Of a DNA stretch of 64,000 nucleotides, positions 48,014 through 57,675 are shown in pieces. Origin of the DNA: a virus; IMG/VR virus record IMGVR_UViG_3300005264_000002, positions 12,087-76,086 of that record; one strand, written 5' to 3'. The stretch's first letter is position 1; every line of letters starts with the position of its first letter. Below the pieces are notes generated by a model. It saw only the letters and a list, made by a program, of their open reading frames with translations. It did no database searches and was not told the DNA's origin. Made by a program: the position numbers and the translations under genes.

Positions 48014-50228
48014 TGCTAAAGCAAAAAACTTCTTATCATTTTTGGATTTTTCTTATAATTATTCGGCCCAAGGCTTAACAAATATTGATGGTGAAACAGG
48101 AGAAGGGAAATCTACTTTTATGGATATTCCTTGCTATGCTTTTTTTGGGAAAACATCTAAAGATCTTAAGGCCGACGAAGTTATTAATTGGGATACTAAA
48201 AAGAATTTAGAAGTCCATTTCAGATTCAAAAAGGAAGATGGAATATATGAAATCCATCGTTATCGAAAACATAAAGATCATGAGAATGATTTCTATCTAG
48301 TCAATCCTTCAGGCGAAATGGTTCGGGGAAAAGATTCCAGAGAAACTCAAAAAATCTTAGAGCATCTTCTTGGATTTGATTATGAAATCTTTAAGAAGGC
48401 CATTTACTTTGGCCAATTTGATAATACAGATAAATTTCTTTCTTCTACTGATAAAGAGAAAAAAGATCTAATATCTACTATTTGTGATTTATCTGCTTAT
48501 GATGAAAAGTTAGATCTAGTTAAAGCTGAGATCAAAGAAAATGCAGAATACTTATATGACATTCAACAAAAGCATAACATCCTTGAGCACTCTCATGAGG
48601 CCATTGATAAACATCTTTGTTCTACTGGTGAATCATTAGATAGATGGAATGAACAACAGAAAGAAAAGTGTGACAATTTAAAGCAGCAGTTACTTGATGC
48701 TGATCTTTCTATCCAACAAGAGATCGGAGATCTTGGAGACAAAATAGTAGAATGGGAATCTGAGAAAGACAAACGATTAGCTCAGATAGATGCTGAGATT
48801 AAAACTTGGGATGATGTTCAAAAGGAGAAGATTCATTCATTAGAACAAGAATCTCAAAGATGGATTGATAACCAAGAATCTTTAATCCGTACAATGTCCC
48901 AGGATATTCCTAAACTAGAAGATGATTTAAAAATAGCAAAAGATGAATATACTCAAGCTTGTTCTGAACCTGAGCAGGATCTTTCAGAAAAAATTAAGGA
49001 GATCGAACAAAAAATATCTGATCTTAAGCTTAAAGAAAGAGAGGGAGATAAGATTTATGCTCATCAACAACATTTAGAAGGATTAAATGTCAATCTTAAG
49101 CAAATTATTATTCAAGAGAACAATAAGAAAAATGAAGGGATTGGATCAGAATGTCCTCATTGCTATCAAGAGATCACTGGTGAGGCAATTGATAAAAAAA
49201 TCCAAGGACTTTATGAAGAAGGTAAAAACCGTAAGACTGAAATTGATAATTGCCAGACTCAAATCAATCAAATCAATGAAGATATGCTAATCATAAAAGA
49301 ATATACTGCTGAACTTAAAGATATCAATGAGCAACAAAGTCAGCAAAGAATGAGATCCATGAATCTTAGAACCTTAAAAGATCGAATGGATGGACTGAAG
49401 AGAAGCCTTGATACTAAAATTGATAGCGTGGAGCGTGAGAGAGAGCGTGGAAATCCAATGAGGTTATCTATTGAGACAGCTAACAATGAAACAAATCCTA
49501 ATAAAGCTCAAAAAGGATTCATTGAATCAGAAATGAATCCCCATATTGCAGAATTAAATGTCGCAAAGAAACGGACGAATCCTTATCCAGAAATGCTATC
49601 AGCAGCAACTAAAGAACAAAATCCTTATAGAGATCAAGTAATTAATCTTGAGAATGATTTAAAAGAAAAAGGATTAAAGCTTAGAGGATATCAATCTGAT
49701 ATTAAAAAGATTGACCATCAGATTCAACTAGGAGAGTTTTGGAAAGCTGGCCTTGGAACTTATATTAAATCAATGTTAATGGATTCTTTCCTTGAACAAT
49801 TAAATATTCAGGCCAATGATTATTTAGAAACTCTTTTTGATGGAGTCTTAAAGATTCAATTAACTTCTGTTACCGAAGGGAAAAAGGGAGTTAAAGAAAA
49901 GATTGACCAAAAGATCTTCAATGGTAATCATGAATGTTCTTACGATGCTCTTTCAGGTGGGGAAAGGTGTAGGATATGTTTAGCCGTGAACTTGGCCATA
50001 AGTGACATTACATGTAAATCTCTAGGTGCTTCATTCTCTCTATTAATGCTTGATGAAATCTTTACAGGGTTAGATAATGCTGGGAAGACTCAGACAATGA
50101 AACTGTTAAAAGAACTAGAGCCAAGATTTGAAACAATATTAGTTATTGATCATACAGAAGAATTTAAATCATTATTCACTAATGTTATTACTGTCAAAAA
50201 AAGAGGCGGTATTTCAATAATTGTATAA
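48000..50228 (+). CDS. SbcC/Rad50-like ATPase
   Basis: GETGEGKS, CPHC Zn hook, LSGGE, LMLDE, IDH motifs. Confidence 0.92.
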   Translation: MQLLDAKAKNFLSFLDFSYNYSAQGLTNIDGETGEGKSTFMDIPCYAFFGKTSKDLKADEVINWDTKKNLEVHFRFKKEDGIYEIHRYRKHKDHENDFYLVNPSGEMVRGKDSRETQKILEHLLGFDYEIFKKAIYFGQFDNTDKFLSSTDKEKKDLISTICDLSAYDEKLDLVKAEIKENAEYLYDIQQKHNILEHSHEAIDKHLCSTGESLDRWNEQQKEKCDNLKQQLLDADLSIQQEIGDLGDKIVEWESEKDKRLAQIDAEIKTWDDVQKEKIHSLEQESQRWIDNQESLIRTMSQDIPKLEDDLKIAKDEYTQACSEPEQDLSEKIKEIEQKISDLKLKEREGDKIYAHQQHLEGLNVNLKQIIIQENNKKNEGIGSECPHCYQEITGEAIDKKIQGLYEEGKNRKTEIDNCQTQINQINEDMLIIKEYTAELKDINEQQSQQRMRSMNLRTLKDRMDGLKRSLDTKIDSVERERERGNPMRLSIETANNETNPNKAQKGFIESEMNPHIAELNVAKKRTNPYPEMLSAATKEQNPYRDQVINLENDLKEKGLKLRGYQSDIKKIDHQIQLGEFWKAGLGTYIKSMLMDSFLEQLNIQANDYLETLFDGVLKIQLTSVTEGKKGVKEKIDQKIFNGNHECSYDALSGGERCRICLAVNLAISDITCKSLGASFSLLMLDEIFTGLDNAGKTQTMKLLKELEPRFETILVIDHTEEFKSLFTNVITVKKRGGISIIV

Positions 50229-50247
50229 CTATATCATGGAGGACACT

Positions 50248-50637
50248 ATGAAATTTAAAAAACTTATTCTTATTTTCTTATTGCTTACTTTCCCTCTCGT
50301 AGTATTTGCGAATGCTGCTGTTCAAGTTCTTTCTTATGAAGAATTTTTTGCCTTTGTTTTCAATAATATAGGAGAGTTTAAGGGGGCGACATCTCTTGGA
50401 GTAACTTTTTTAATTGTCCAAATCTTAGTTAAGTTATTTGAAACTAAAGTCGGGGCTTTGATTGGTAAATGGAAACTTACAATAGTTGCCTTTCTTACTT
50501 TGATAGTTGGGACATTAGGAATGTCAATCTCAACTAATGTTAGTATCGTGACAGCTATCTTTTCTTCTGCTAATCTAGTTTTATTACAGGCCTTTGGCCA
50601 TCAAGTTTATAAGCAATTTTTCATTAAGGAAGACTAA
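50248..50637 (+). CDS. Membrane protein (signal peptide plus ~3 TM; holin-like); start revised to ATG 50248
   Basis: GGAGG SD; MKFKKLILIFLLLTFPLVVFA followed by hydrophobic helices. Confidence 0.6.
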   Translation: MKFKKLILIFLLLTFPLVVFANAAVQVLSYEEFFAFVFNNIGEFKGATSLGVTFLIVQILVKLFETKVGALIGKWKLTIVAFLTLIVGTLGMSISTNVSIVTAIFSSANLVLLQAFGHQVYKQFFIKED

Positions 50638-51587
50638 TGAATCATTTTAATACTTTGTTCTGCTTTTTTATCCTCCTAATATTAGCTTCATGTGGAAGTA
50701 AACTTAGAAGAGATCATGGGGCCATTGCTTTTAATTCAAACTTTTATAGTGCTGAGTTTAAAGCATGTGGAGAAATTCATCATGGGGTTGCATCTTGTCC
50801 AGTAGAAGAAGGGATGCTCTTTAATGATGTAAAATTACAGATCCAAGGTTACAGTTCAGGGACGATCAAGATTAGTTCTGAGGGTTGTGATCTGTCTCAA
50901 GACGTATTCAGATATGAAAATAATGATCTGATTGGTATCGAGATCTTGGGGAAAGTAGAGCAAAGTTGTTTCATCCAGTTTGTTGTCCAGCCTGAGTATT
51001 CTGAACGGCAGACGCAGGATTTGGTCCTAGAGGATTTCAAAGGGGCCATTTATCTGAAGAAAACCAAGCAGTCATGGACTGCACTTACTAAGGGAGTAAG
51101 GGTCAAACAGTTTAATACATCTAAGTGGGCCATTCCTTTTCAGGATGGCCCTGATGTTAGAGCAGTATTTATTTCAGATAGATGCGATATCAATTATGAT
51201 CAAAGACTAAAGGTTATAGATAATAAAGTAGAATTAGATTTGAAACAATTATTCCCCAAAATAACTGATGATGTTCAAACATGTATTTTATCAGGAGCAT
51301 TAATAGGAGAATCTAAGAAAGTTAGATTATCTTGGCTCATTTCAGTATATGATGAAAAGTATCAAAGACTTCCTATTCCTAAGGTCAGATTTAAAAGAAA
51401 GAAGATCCGTATTAGTGGAGATCTAAATACATCTATTATTTCATTAAATCGTAAATATAAAATTGACAAGAAAGCTAAATTCAAATTTAATAAGAGTAAG
51501 AAAAATATTGTAAGATTACTTACAGTTAAAGGAAGATCTCGAATAGGGATCTGGAATCCAAAAGAGCGAAGATTTTTATGGAAGTAA
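50637..51587 (+). CDS. Lipoprotein
   Basis: Hydrophobic stretch and lipobox LAS-C; several Cys; basic C-terminus. Confidence 0.7.
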   Translation: MNHFNTLFCFFILLILASCGSKLRRDHGAIAFNSNFYSAEFKACGEIHHGVASCPVEEGMLFNDVKLQIQGYSSGTIKISSEGCDLSQDVFRYENNDLIGIEILGKVEQSCFIQFVVQPEYSERQTQDLVLEDFKGAIYLKKTKQSWTALTKGVRVKQFNTSKWAIPFQDGPDVRAVFISDRCDINYDQRLKVIDNKVELDLKQLFPKITDDVQTCILSGALIGESKKVRLSWLISVYDEKYQRLPIPKVRFKRKKIRISGDLNTSIISLNRKYKIDKKAKFKFNKSKKNIVRLLTVKGRSRIGIWNPKERRFLWK

Positions 51588-51853
51588 ACCCCGATTGGAT
51601 TAAGATGATTGAAGGGATTCTTAGTGGAGGATCTACTGCTAATATCATTAAGGGAATATTACTTCTTCTTCTTGGTGTAGGCTTTTTCTTTATTAAAAGC
51701 TGGATCAAAAAGCAAAAAATTAAAGTTGCACGAGCAAAAACTCAACAACAAAGACAAGACCATCAAACTCAATTAGATCAAGAAACCAGAGTTATTTCCC
51801 AAGATACTCAAAACTCAGAAGAGAGGATAGAAGATATTATTAATGGGGAATGA
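51578..51853 (+). CDS. Single-TM coiled-coil protein
   Basis: GILLLLLGVGFFFI followed by a Q-rich helix. Confidence 0.6.
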   Translation: MEVNPDWIKMIEGILSGGSTANIIKGILLLLLGVGFFFIKSWIKKQKIKVARAKTQQQRQDHQTQLDQETRVISQDTQNSEERIEDIINGE

Positions 51854-51856
51854 TGT

Positions 51857-52465
51857 ATGGGTAAAATTGTAGTAGGATTAGATCTGTCAACCAAGACAGG
51901 TTATTCAGTTTTTGAAGATGGAAAGCTAATTGATTATGGTCTAATCACTCTCCCTGATGACTTGAAGAGTGATTGTAAACATCCAAACTATCCATATAAT
52001 TTTATTAATTCTTGTGAATATTTGGCCGATCAAATAAGGAATAATGTTCTTATTGCTAATATCCCTGACAGAATTATCATAGAAGAAACCTGTTGCTCCA
52101 GAAATGTATTCGCTCAGAAACAAATCGAATGGCTGCATTTTTGCTTGCTAAATAAAATTGAAGAGTTATCCTGGAATCCAAAGGTTTTTTACCTAGGATC
52201 AAATAAATGGAGATCAATTCTTAAGATTATTCAGACTAAAGAAACCAAAAAGAAAAACAAATTAGTAAGGGAAGGAAAGGCCAAGGGAGTTATTAGGAAT
52301 AAACACCTTAGCGTTTGGAAGATCAATGCTGTTTATGAATTAGGATTTTTAATGAAGCATGAGAATGAGGCCGATGCAATTCATTTGGCCGCTGCTCATT
52401 TGCAACAACATGGAGAGTTGAAGCATGATTACAGTAAACCCTTGCAAAGTATTGAGGACAGGTGA
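51857..52465 (+). CDS. RuvC-like Holliday junction resolvase
   Basis: VGLDLSTKTGYSV, IIIEE, W, ENEADAI motifs. Confidence 0.85.
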   Translation: MGKIVVGLDLSTKTGYSVFEDGKLIDYGLITLPDDLKSDCKHPNYPYNFINSCEYLADQIRNNVLIANIPDRIIIEETCCSRNVFAQKQIEWLHFCLLNKIEELSWNPKVFYLGSNKWRSILKIIQTKETKKKNKLVREGKAKGVIRNKHLSVWKINAVYELGFLMKHENEADAIHLAAAHLQQHGELKHDYSKPLQSIEDR

Positions 52466-52631
52466 TGAGATAGAAACCCCTAAAGGGCCAGCAACTATCC
52501 ATTTTCTATATGATAAAAAAGGAAAACAACACTTTGATTTGGCCATGAGATTGATTGATCATCTCAAGGTTAAGGTAAAAACAGGTACCGTAACCGTATA
52601 TCCATATCAGATATACTTAAAAGGAGAATAA
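52425..52631 (+). CDS. Small hypothetical (SH3/KOW-like) protein
   Basis: GGAG SD; LRTGDEIETPKGPATI. Confidence 0.5.
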   Translation: MITVNPCKVLRTGDEIETPKGPATIHFLYDKKGKQHFDLAMRLIDHLKVKVKTGTVTVYPYQIYLKGE

Positions 52632-52635
52632 AATT

Positions 52636-53259
52636 ATGTCACTAGAAGAAAGCAAAGAATCAGAATCTTCAGAGATTGAGGACGATCAACCAAAAATGGA
52701 TGAACCAAACAAACTTGCAGAACAAACTCCCAAAGGAGCAGTTAAATCTTTACTGAGAAAATTTGAGACTAAAATGCAGGAGAAAATTAAAGGTAATTTA
52801 ATAAATCTTAATTCTCAAATAAGCAACATTCACTCTTCTCTATTCTCCCAATTAGATAAAAAATATGGGGGGATGTATAAAGTCCTCATCAATACATTCC
52901 TTACCAATATTGAGTCTAAAATCTATAATGCAGAAGTATCAATAGAGGCCATCAAAATAATTGTTAAAGAGCAGCTTGTTCAGATACGTTCAGATATAGC
53001 AGACAGTACAGCTAAAGATTTTATTGGGAAAGCGGCATTTGATGAACAGTTTAATAATAGATTAGATGTGTTAAGATTAGAAGTTCACAAGGAAATAGAA
53101 GAGGCCAAGAAGCCTAACACTCCAAAACCAGAAGAAGGATCTAATGAGCCAAAAAAAGATGGGGATCGTCCAGAAGATAAAACAAAAGATAACAAAGAAA
53201 CCGAAGCAGACAAAGACAAAGACAAAGACAAAGACAAAGTATCGGACAGCTCCAACTGA
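52636..53259 (+). CDS. Hypothetical protein with DK-repeat tail
   Basis: AAGGAG SD. Confidence 0.65.
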   Translation: MSLEESKESESSEIEDDQPKMDEPNKLAEQTPKGAVKSLLRKFETKMQEKIKGNLINLNSQISNIHSSLFSQLDKKYGGMYKVLINTFLTNIESKIYNAEVSIEAIKIIVKEQLVQIRSDIADSTAKDFIGKAAFDEQFNNRLDVLRLEVHKEIEEAKKPNTPKPEEGSNEPKKDGDRPEDKTKDNKETEADKDKDKDKDKVSDSSN

Positions 53260-53437
53260 TGATCTTCAATGGGCCAAAGAGATAGTTGATAATGTATTCT
53301 ATCCAACTGTTAAAAAGCAATTGGAGCATCTAAACAGCTATCTCTATAAACAAAGAAAGATGAGAGCTGGGATAGAAATACAATGGTTTTTTGATCAAGA
53401 AGATCATGTCTTTCATAAAGAAAAAGAATCTGAATAA
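53144..53437 (+). CDS. Hypothetical protein overlapping the upstream gene by 116 nt
   Basis: AAGGA SD before ATG 53144; only ORF covering 53260-53437. Confidence 0.55.
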   Translation: MSQKKMGIVQKIKQKITKKPKQTKTKTKTKTKYRTAPTDDLQWAKEIVDNVFYPTVKKQLEHLNSYLYKQRKMRAGIEIQWFFDQEDHVFHKEKESE

Positions 53438-53458
53438 TAAATACAATGGAGGTATTTT

Positions 53459-53857
53459 TTGAAAACAAAAATTTTAGAATTCCCTAGACCTAAAAAGAAA
53501 CCTGAGATTATAGAAGAAGAGATCAATAAGATACTATCTAAGTATAATCTCTTCTATGCTCATCAAATGGAAAATTCTGATAGTGGGAAGATAGTTGTTA
53601 GCTTATTATTAAAAGATTACGATCCAAAAGCAGAATCAAAAATCCAAGTAAAAGTATTTAGAAAGAATAAAATGAAAGAAATTGAAGCCGAAGCAAATAA
53701 ATTTATGTCAAAGAAGACGACTAGAGTAAAATTCTTTAGTCAGTCATTTTCAAGCAATACGGTTACATCATTAGTTTTCCATGAAGTTGCAAATAAATCC
53801 AAAAAAATAAAAGATCAAGATAAAAAAGATGCTCCAACTCCTGAAGGAAATGCCTAA
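53459..53857 (+). CDS. Hypothetical protein
   Basis: GGAGGT SD before TTG. Confidence 0.65.
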   Translation: MKTKILEFPRPKKKPEIIEEEINKILSKYNLFYAHQMENSDSGKIVVSLLLKDYDPKAESKIQVKVFRKNKMKEIEAEANKFMSKKTTRVKFFSQSFSSNTVTSLVFHEVANKSKKIKDQDKKDAPTPEGNA

Positions 53858-53880
53858 GTATAGGTTATAGGAATTGTTAA

Positions 53881-54471
53881 ATGTCTAAGGAAGGAAAGAT
53901 TTATAAGCTCCTCCACTCTATTTCTAACGAAAAGAAGGAGGAGCTTGGTTTTAAGATGGAGTCTCTTATTAAAGGAGATCTGGCGTATATTGTTAATAAA
54001 TATATCGTTAGGTATTCCTATGCTGTAAAGGCAACATTCGGATGGGATGAAGATGATTTGATGCAATATATCAGGATGGCCCTTTGGAAAGGAGTAGCAA
54101 CCTATGATCCAACAAAGAGAGCTAAAGAAGTAACTTATCTATCCAGGATTTTAGATTATGCTTTTGCTAATCTTGCCAAAAAATGTAATACAAAAAAACA
54201 TTCTCTATCTAAACTATATTTCCCAGATCAACTATTTATCACCGAAGATCTAACTATTGATGAAACTGCTGAAGATTGGTTACAATATGCAAAATCCTTT
54301 TCAGCAATTAAAGATCAAATTACTAAGAAAGAAATGAAAGTGTTAGTCAAACATTTATTAATGGATCAAGACATTATGGAAATTGCAGAGAGTCTTAGTC
54401 TTAAAAGATCAGATGTAATCAAAATTATTAAAAATCTTAGAGATAAGATGGAATTAACATTAGGATTATAA
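53881..54471 (+). CDS. Sigma70-family RNA polymerase sigma factor 2 (possibly late)
   Basis: DEDDLMQ..RMALWKGVATYDPTK..KEVTY region 2; EIAESLSL region-4 HTH. Confidence 0.85.
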   Translation: MSKEGKIYKLLHSISNEKKEELGFKMESLIKGDLAYIVNKYIVRYSYAVKATFGWDEDDLMQYIRMALWKGVATYDPTKRAKEVTYLSRILDYAFANLAKKCNTKKHSLSKLYFPDQLFITEDLTIDETAEDWLQYAKSFSAIKDQITKKEMKVLVKHLLMDQDIMEIAESLSLKRSDVIKIIKNLRDKMELTLGL

Positions 54472-54472
54472 A

Positions 54473-54868
54473 ATGGATATACATTTAAAAGAAATCTATA
54501 TTAAAAAAAATAGTAGGAATGCAATCCTCATTACTCCAGATAATCATAAAGGTTTAGTTGTTCAGGTAATTCGATTTTCTACTCAGCTTAAACCCAATGT
54601 AAATAATGAGCTAGTTGAACATAGAGTTAGATATGCTTTATGGACAAAAACGATATCAACAATAGATGATCATATGTTGGCCAACTTAGATATTAATCCA
54701 ATGGCCCCACTTAAGCCTAAAGATGGGAAACAATTTAAAAATGAGATTAATAGAACGATAGAAGAGGCCAAGTCATATCTAAGTAAGATTGAAGTTCTTG
54801 ATACAATGATTAATGGTTCAATGACTGATTATCTTAGTCAAAACCAGGAAATTAATAAGGATCAATAA
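54473..54868 (+). CDS. Hypothetical protein
   Basis: Coupled ORF between sigma factor and terminase. Confidence 0.6.
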   Translation: MDIHLKEIYIKKNSRNAILITPDNHKGLVVQVIRFSTQLKPNVNNELVEHRVRYALWTKTISTIDDHMLANLDINPMAPLKPKDGKQFKNEINRTIEEAKSYLSKIEVLDTMINGSMTDYLSQNQEINKDQ

Positions 54869-55560
54869 TGGTAAGCAAGAGGCCTAAGTTTGGTTTTATC
54901 TCAGACAAAGTTATGAATGACATGACTGAAGATTATATTGTCAATAAAAAGACTTTGAAAGAGATTTCTAAAACATATCAAATTGCTTTAAGTACTGTTG
55001 GTTTAATTTCTAAGAATAAAGAATGGAAGAAAAGAAGAACTAACTGGGACAATAAGAGCATAAAAAAGGCCACAACTTTAAGAGCTCATTCTGCTAATAA
55101 AATTATTGGTTGGATGATGGATATCCTTGAGAGACATTCTTATAACTTATTCCTCAAATCAAAAGGTATCACGCCCAAAAACCATATCCCCATTGATACA
55201 GTAGAGGAAGCATATAAGGCCATGGGATATATGGATAAGATTGCTACTCAGATTAAATCAGCAAGAGAGAATCTCGTTCCAGAGAAGATTGAAATTGATG
55301 CACCAGGATTAAATTGGGAGAATGCCATAAAGGAATTAGACCAAAAGCAAATCAAAGGTATCCAACAATTGCAAGAATGGGAAGCATCAAGGAATCCTGC
55401 TATCAAAGAAAAAGAATCAGAAGATATTTTTGATGCTCAAACTCCTTTAATTGATGGGCCAAAAGATGAAGGAATAATCTTTGAAGGACTTGATGAAGAT
55501 AGTGAGAGTGATATAAATGATGTAGGTGATGATTCTCCAATTGGGGGAATCCTTGATTAG
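54868..55560 (+). CDS. Terminase small subunit (putative)
   Basis: N-terminal HTH (TLKEISKTYQIALSTV...W); directly upstream of TerL. Confidence 0.7.
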   Translation: MVSKRPKFGFISDKVMNDMTEDYIVNKKTLKEISKTYQIALSTVGLISKNKEWKKRRTNWDNKSIKKATTLRAHSANKIIGWMMDILERHSYNLFLKSKGITPKNHIPIDTVEEAYKAMGYMDKIATQIKSARENLVPEKIEIDAPGLNWENAIKELDQKQIKGIQQLQEWEASRNPAIKEKESEDIFDAQTPLIDGPKDEGIIFEGLDEDSESDINDVGDDSPIGGILD

Positions 55561-56938
55561 TGCAAAATTCAAAGTAAATTTTCAACCTCATGATGGGCAA
55601 ACTGAAGTTATGCTTGGTGTCATGATCAATCCTAGAGCTAACGTATATACATTATGTGCATCAAGAGGATGGGGGAAAACATTATTTATAGTAGCTGCGA
55701 TTGTTATCCCTCATATTATTAAAAAGAAAAACGCCCAAGTAATGTGGGTTGCTCCTACTTATAAGATATGTAAGTCACCAGTTGACGATGTTTTCTTTGG
55801 ACTTGATGAAGAGACATTAGAAAGATTCATACCACAATTTTGTCCAGAAACAGGAATGAAATTTTGGGAATACTTCAAAGCAGATAATGAGATGCATTTC
55901 TGGAATGGATCAAAGATATTCTTTAGATCAGCAGACAATCCTGATTCAATTGTATCCAAAGGATTCTCTCTTATTATCATTGATGAAGCAGCTCTGATTC
56001 CAGAAAGCATTTTTAATGTTCAGATCTTAGCAACTGCAAGAAGGAAGGGATGTAAAATCTTTTTAATCTCTACTCCAAGGGGGAAAAATTGGTTCTACCA
56101 TAAATATATGGATGGACAAGATGCATCTAAAAAAGGCTATGTTTCTTTTAAACAGCCATGGTGGAAGCGTCCAGATTATCCTGAGATACTTAAAGAGCTA
56201 ATGAAAGATCTCCCCGATCATATCATGAGGCAAGAATTCTTTGCTGATTTTGTGGAAGATGGATCAAGTGTTCTTAAAAACTTATCAGGAGTTTTCGTTG
56301 GCCCATCAATTGAGTTTGAATCACAACAACAAGAATGGAAAGTTGAGATATCTGAAGACAGAAAGCATAAGGAGAGTTTTGTCGTTGCTGTTGACTTGGC
56401 CAAGTCTGTTGATTATACAGTAATCGTTGGCCTAGGGATTACCACAAGAGAAGTAGTTTATTACAAGAGAGTAAACAAAACTAACTATAAACATATAATC
56501 AGATACATTAAAGACGCATCAGATTATTTAGATAGTGCTGAAGTCATTTTTGATAATACTGGAGTCGGTGCTGGTTTAGCTGATTTCTTATCTGGAATTA
56601 ATGCGTATCCTTATACTTTCTCTAATGAATCTAAGAATGAACTTATAAATAATTTGATTGTTGCTTGTGATTATGGAAATATATCAATCCCTAATATCCA
56701 AACAATTAGAGGAGAGTTTGAAATATTTGAGTACTCACTCTCCAGGACAGGGAAAATTACTTATAATGCACCAGCAGGAAGAAATGATGACACTGTTGTG
56801 GCCATTGCTATGGCCAATTGGTACGCTGAACAAACTGCAGGGACAGGAGAAGTTCATGAGATAGACAGTTTTCTTCAGACAATCAATGATAATAAACGCC
56901 AAAACTTTCATCAACAGATGCTTGATGATAATGATTAA
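55553..56938 (+). CDS. Terminase large subunit (start probably TTG 55553)
   Basis: PHDGQ, SRGWGKT, WVAPTY, IIIDEAA, ISTPRG, AVDLAKSVDYT, DNTGVG, DDTVVA motifs. Confidence 0.93.
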   Translation: MISAKFKVNFQPHDGQTEVMLGVMINPRANVYTLCASRGWGKTLFIVAAIVIPHIIKKKNAQVMWVAPTYKICKSPVDDVFFGLDEETLERFIPQFCPETGMKFWEYFKADNEMHFWNGSKIFFRSADNPDSIVSKGFSLIIIDEAALIPESIFNVQILATARRKGCKIFLISTPRGKNWFYHKYMDGQDASKKGYVSFKQPWWKRPDYPEILKELMKDLPDHIMRQEFFADFVEDGSSVLKNLSGVFVGPSIEFESQQQEWKVEISEDRKHKESFVVAVDLAKSVDYTVIVGLGITTREVVYYKRVNKTNYKHIIRYIKDASDYLDSAEVIFDNTGVGAGLADFLSGINAYPYTFSNESKNELINNLIVACDYGNISIPNIQTIRGEFEIFEYSLSRTGKITYNAPAGRNDDTVVAIAMANWYAEQTAGTGEVHEIDSFLQTINDNKRQNFHQQMLDDND

Positions 56939-56942
56939 AATA

Positions 56943-56974
56943 AAAAAGATAAAATCAATTGATACACGTATAAT
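56943..56974 (+). promoter_or_regulatory. Phage promoter class AAGATA-N17-TATAAT
   Basis: AAAAAGATA-N15-CGTATAAT. Confidence 0.75.
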
Positions 56975-56987
56975 ATAATCAAAAACA

Positions 56988-57293
56988 ATGGAGAAGTTTA
57001 TGGCAACCATAAAAGATTATGAGGAAAACTTAAAACGTATTGAACATGAGATTGAACAAAATGCTAAAAATAAAAAAGGCATGAAAGAAAAGATCCAAGA
57101 TATGTTGGATGAGATCCAAGATCTTAAGGATGATGGAGCAGAAAGATCAGAGATCAGAGCGGCCAAGAATAATTTGGACAAAATGCATAAGCAACAGGAT
57201 GCTATCTCTTCTTCATATTATTGGCTAAGAGAGCAAAAAAGAACTTGTGAAAATTCTATTGCTCATTTAAAACAACAAGGGATAACAGAGTGA
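56988..57293 (+). CDS. Coiled-coil hypothetical protein (start may be ATG 57000)
   Basis: Heptad pattern; GGAG precedes 57000. Confidence 0.65.
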   Translation: MEKFMATIKDYEENLKRIEHEIEQNAKNKKGMKEKIQDMLDEIQDLKDDGAERSEIRAAKNNLDKMHKQQDAISSSYYWLREQKRTCENSIAHLKQQGITE

Positions 57294-57529
57294 CACCACA
57301 AGAGCAAATTACAAAAGTCCAACAGATTATGAATGGCTCTCCTGTAAATCTACCATCTAATGAGAAGATTGATCTTGTCTTAGATTGGTTTGGAGATAGA
57401 CCTGATATAAATTTTGACACAACTTTTGTTGAAAACTTAAGAGAATCTTTTTTTCGCACAAGACAATTAACAGAAAGACAGGAAGCAGCATTAGATAATA
57501 TTATTGATTCCTGGCATATTAAAATGTAA
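57290..57529 (+). CDS. Hypothetical protein
   Basis: GTGA overlap with upstream stop; FVENL...LTERQ..AL..I. Confidence 0.65.
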   Translation: MTPQEQITKVQQIMNGSPVNLPSNEKIDLVLDWFGDRPDINFDTTFVENLRESFFRTRQLTERQEAALDNIIDSWHIKM

Positions 57530-57545
57530 TGAAAATTGAAAACAA

Positions 57546-57671
57546 AAACTGTTCGGGGTGGCTCCCCGGTATAGCCAACAGTTTACCTTTTGCTCCAAGG
57601 TTTACGAGGGAGTTAGCATTTGAGGTAATGCATTCTGTATCTCATTATTGGCAGGGGTAAGATAAAACTGT
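57546..57671 (+). ncRNA. Candidate structured RNA / attenuator
   Basis: GC-enriched, several stems with G-U pairs on the + strand, followed by a terminator. Confidence 0.4.
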
Positions 57672-57675
57672 CACT

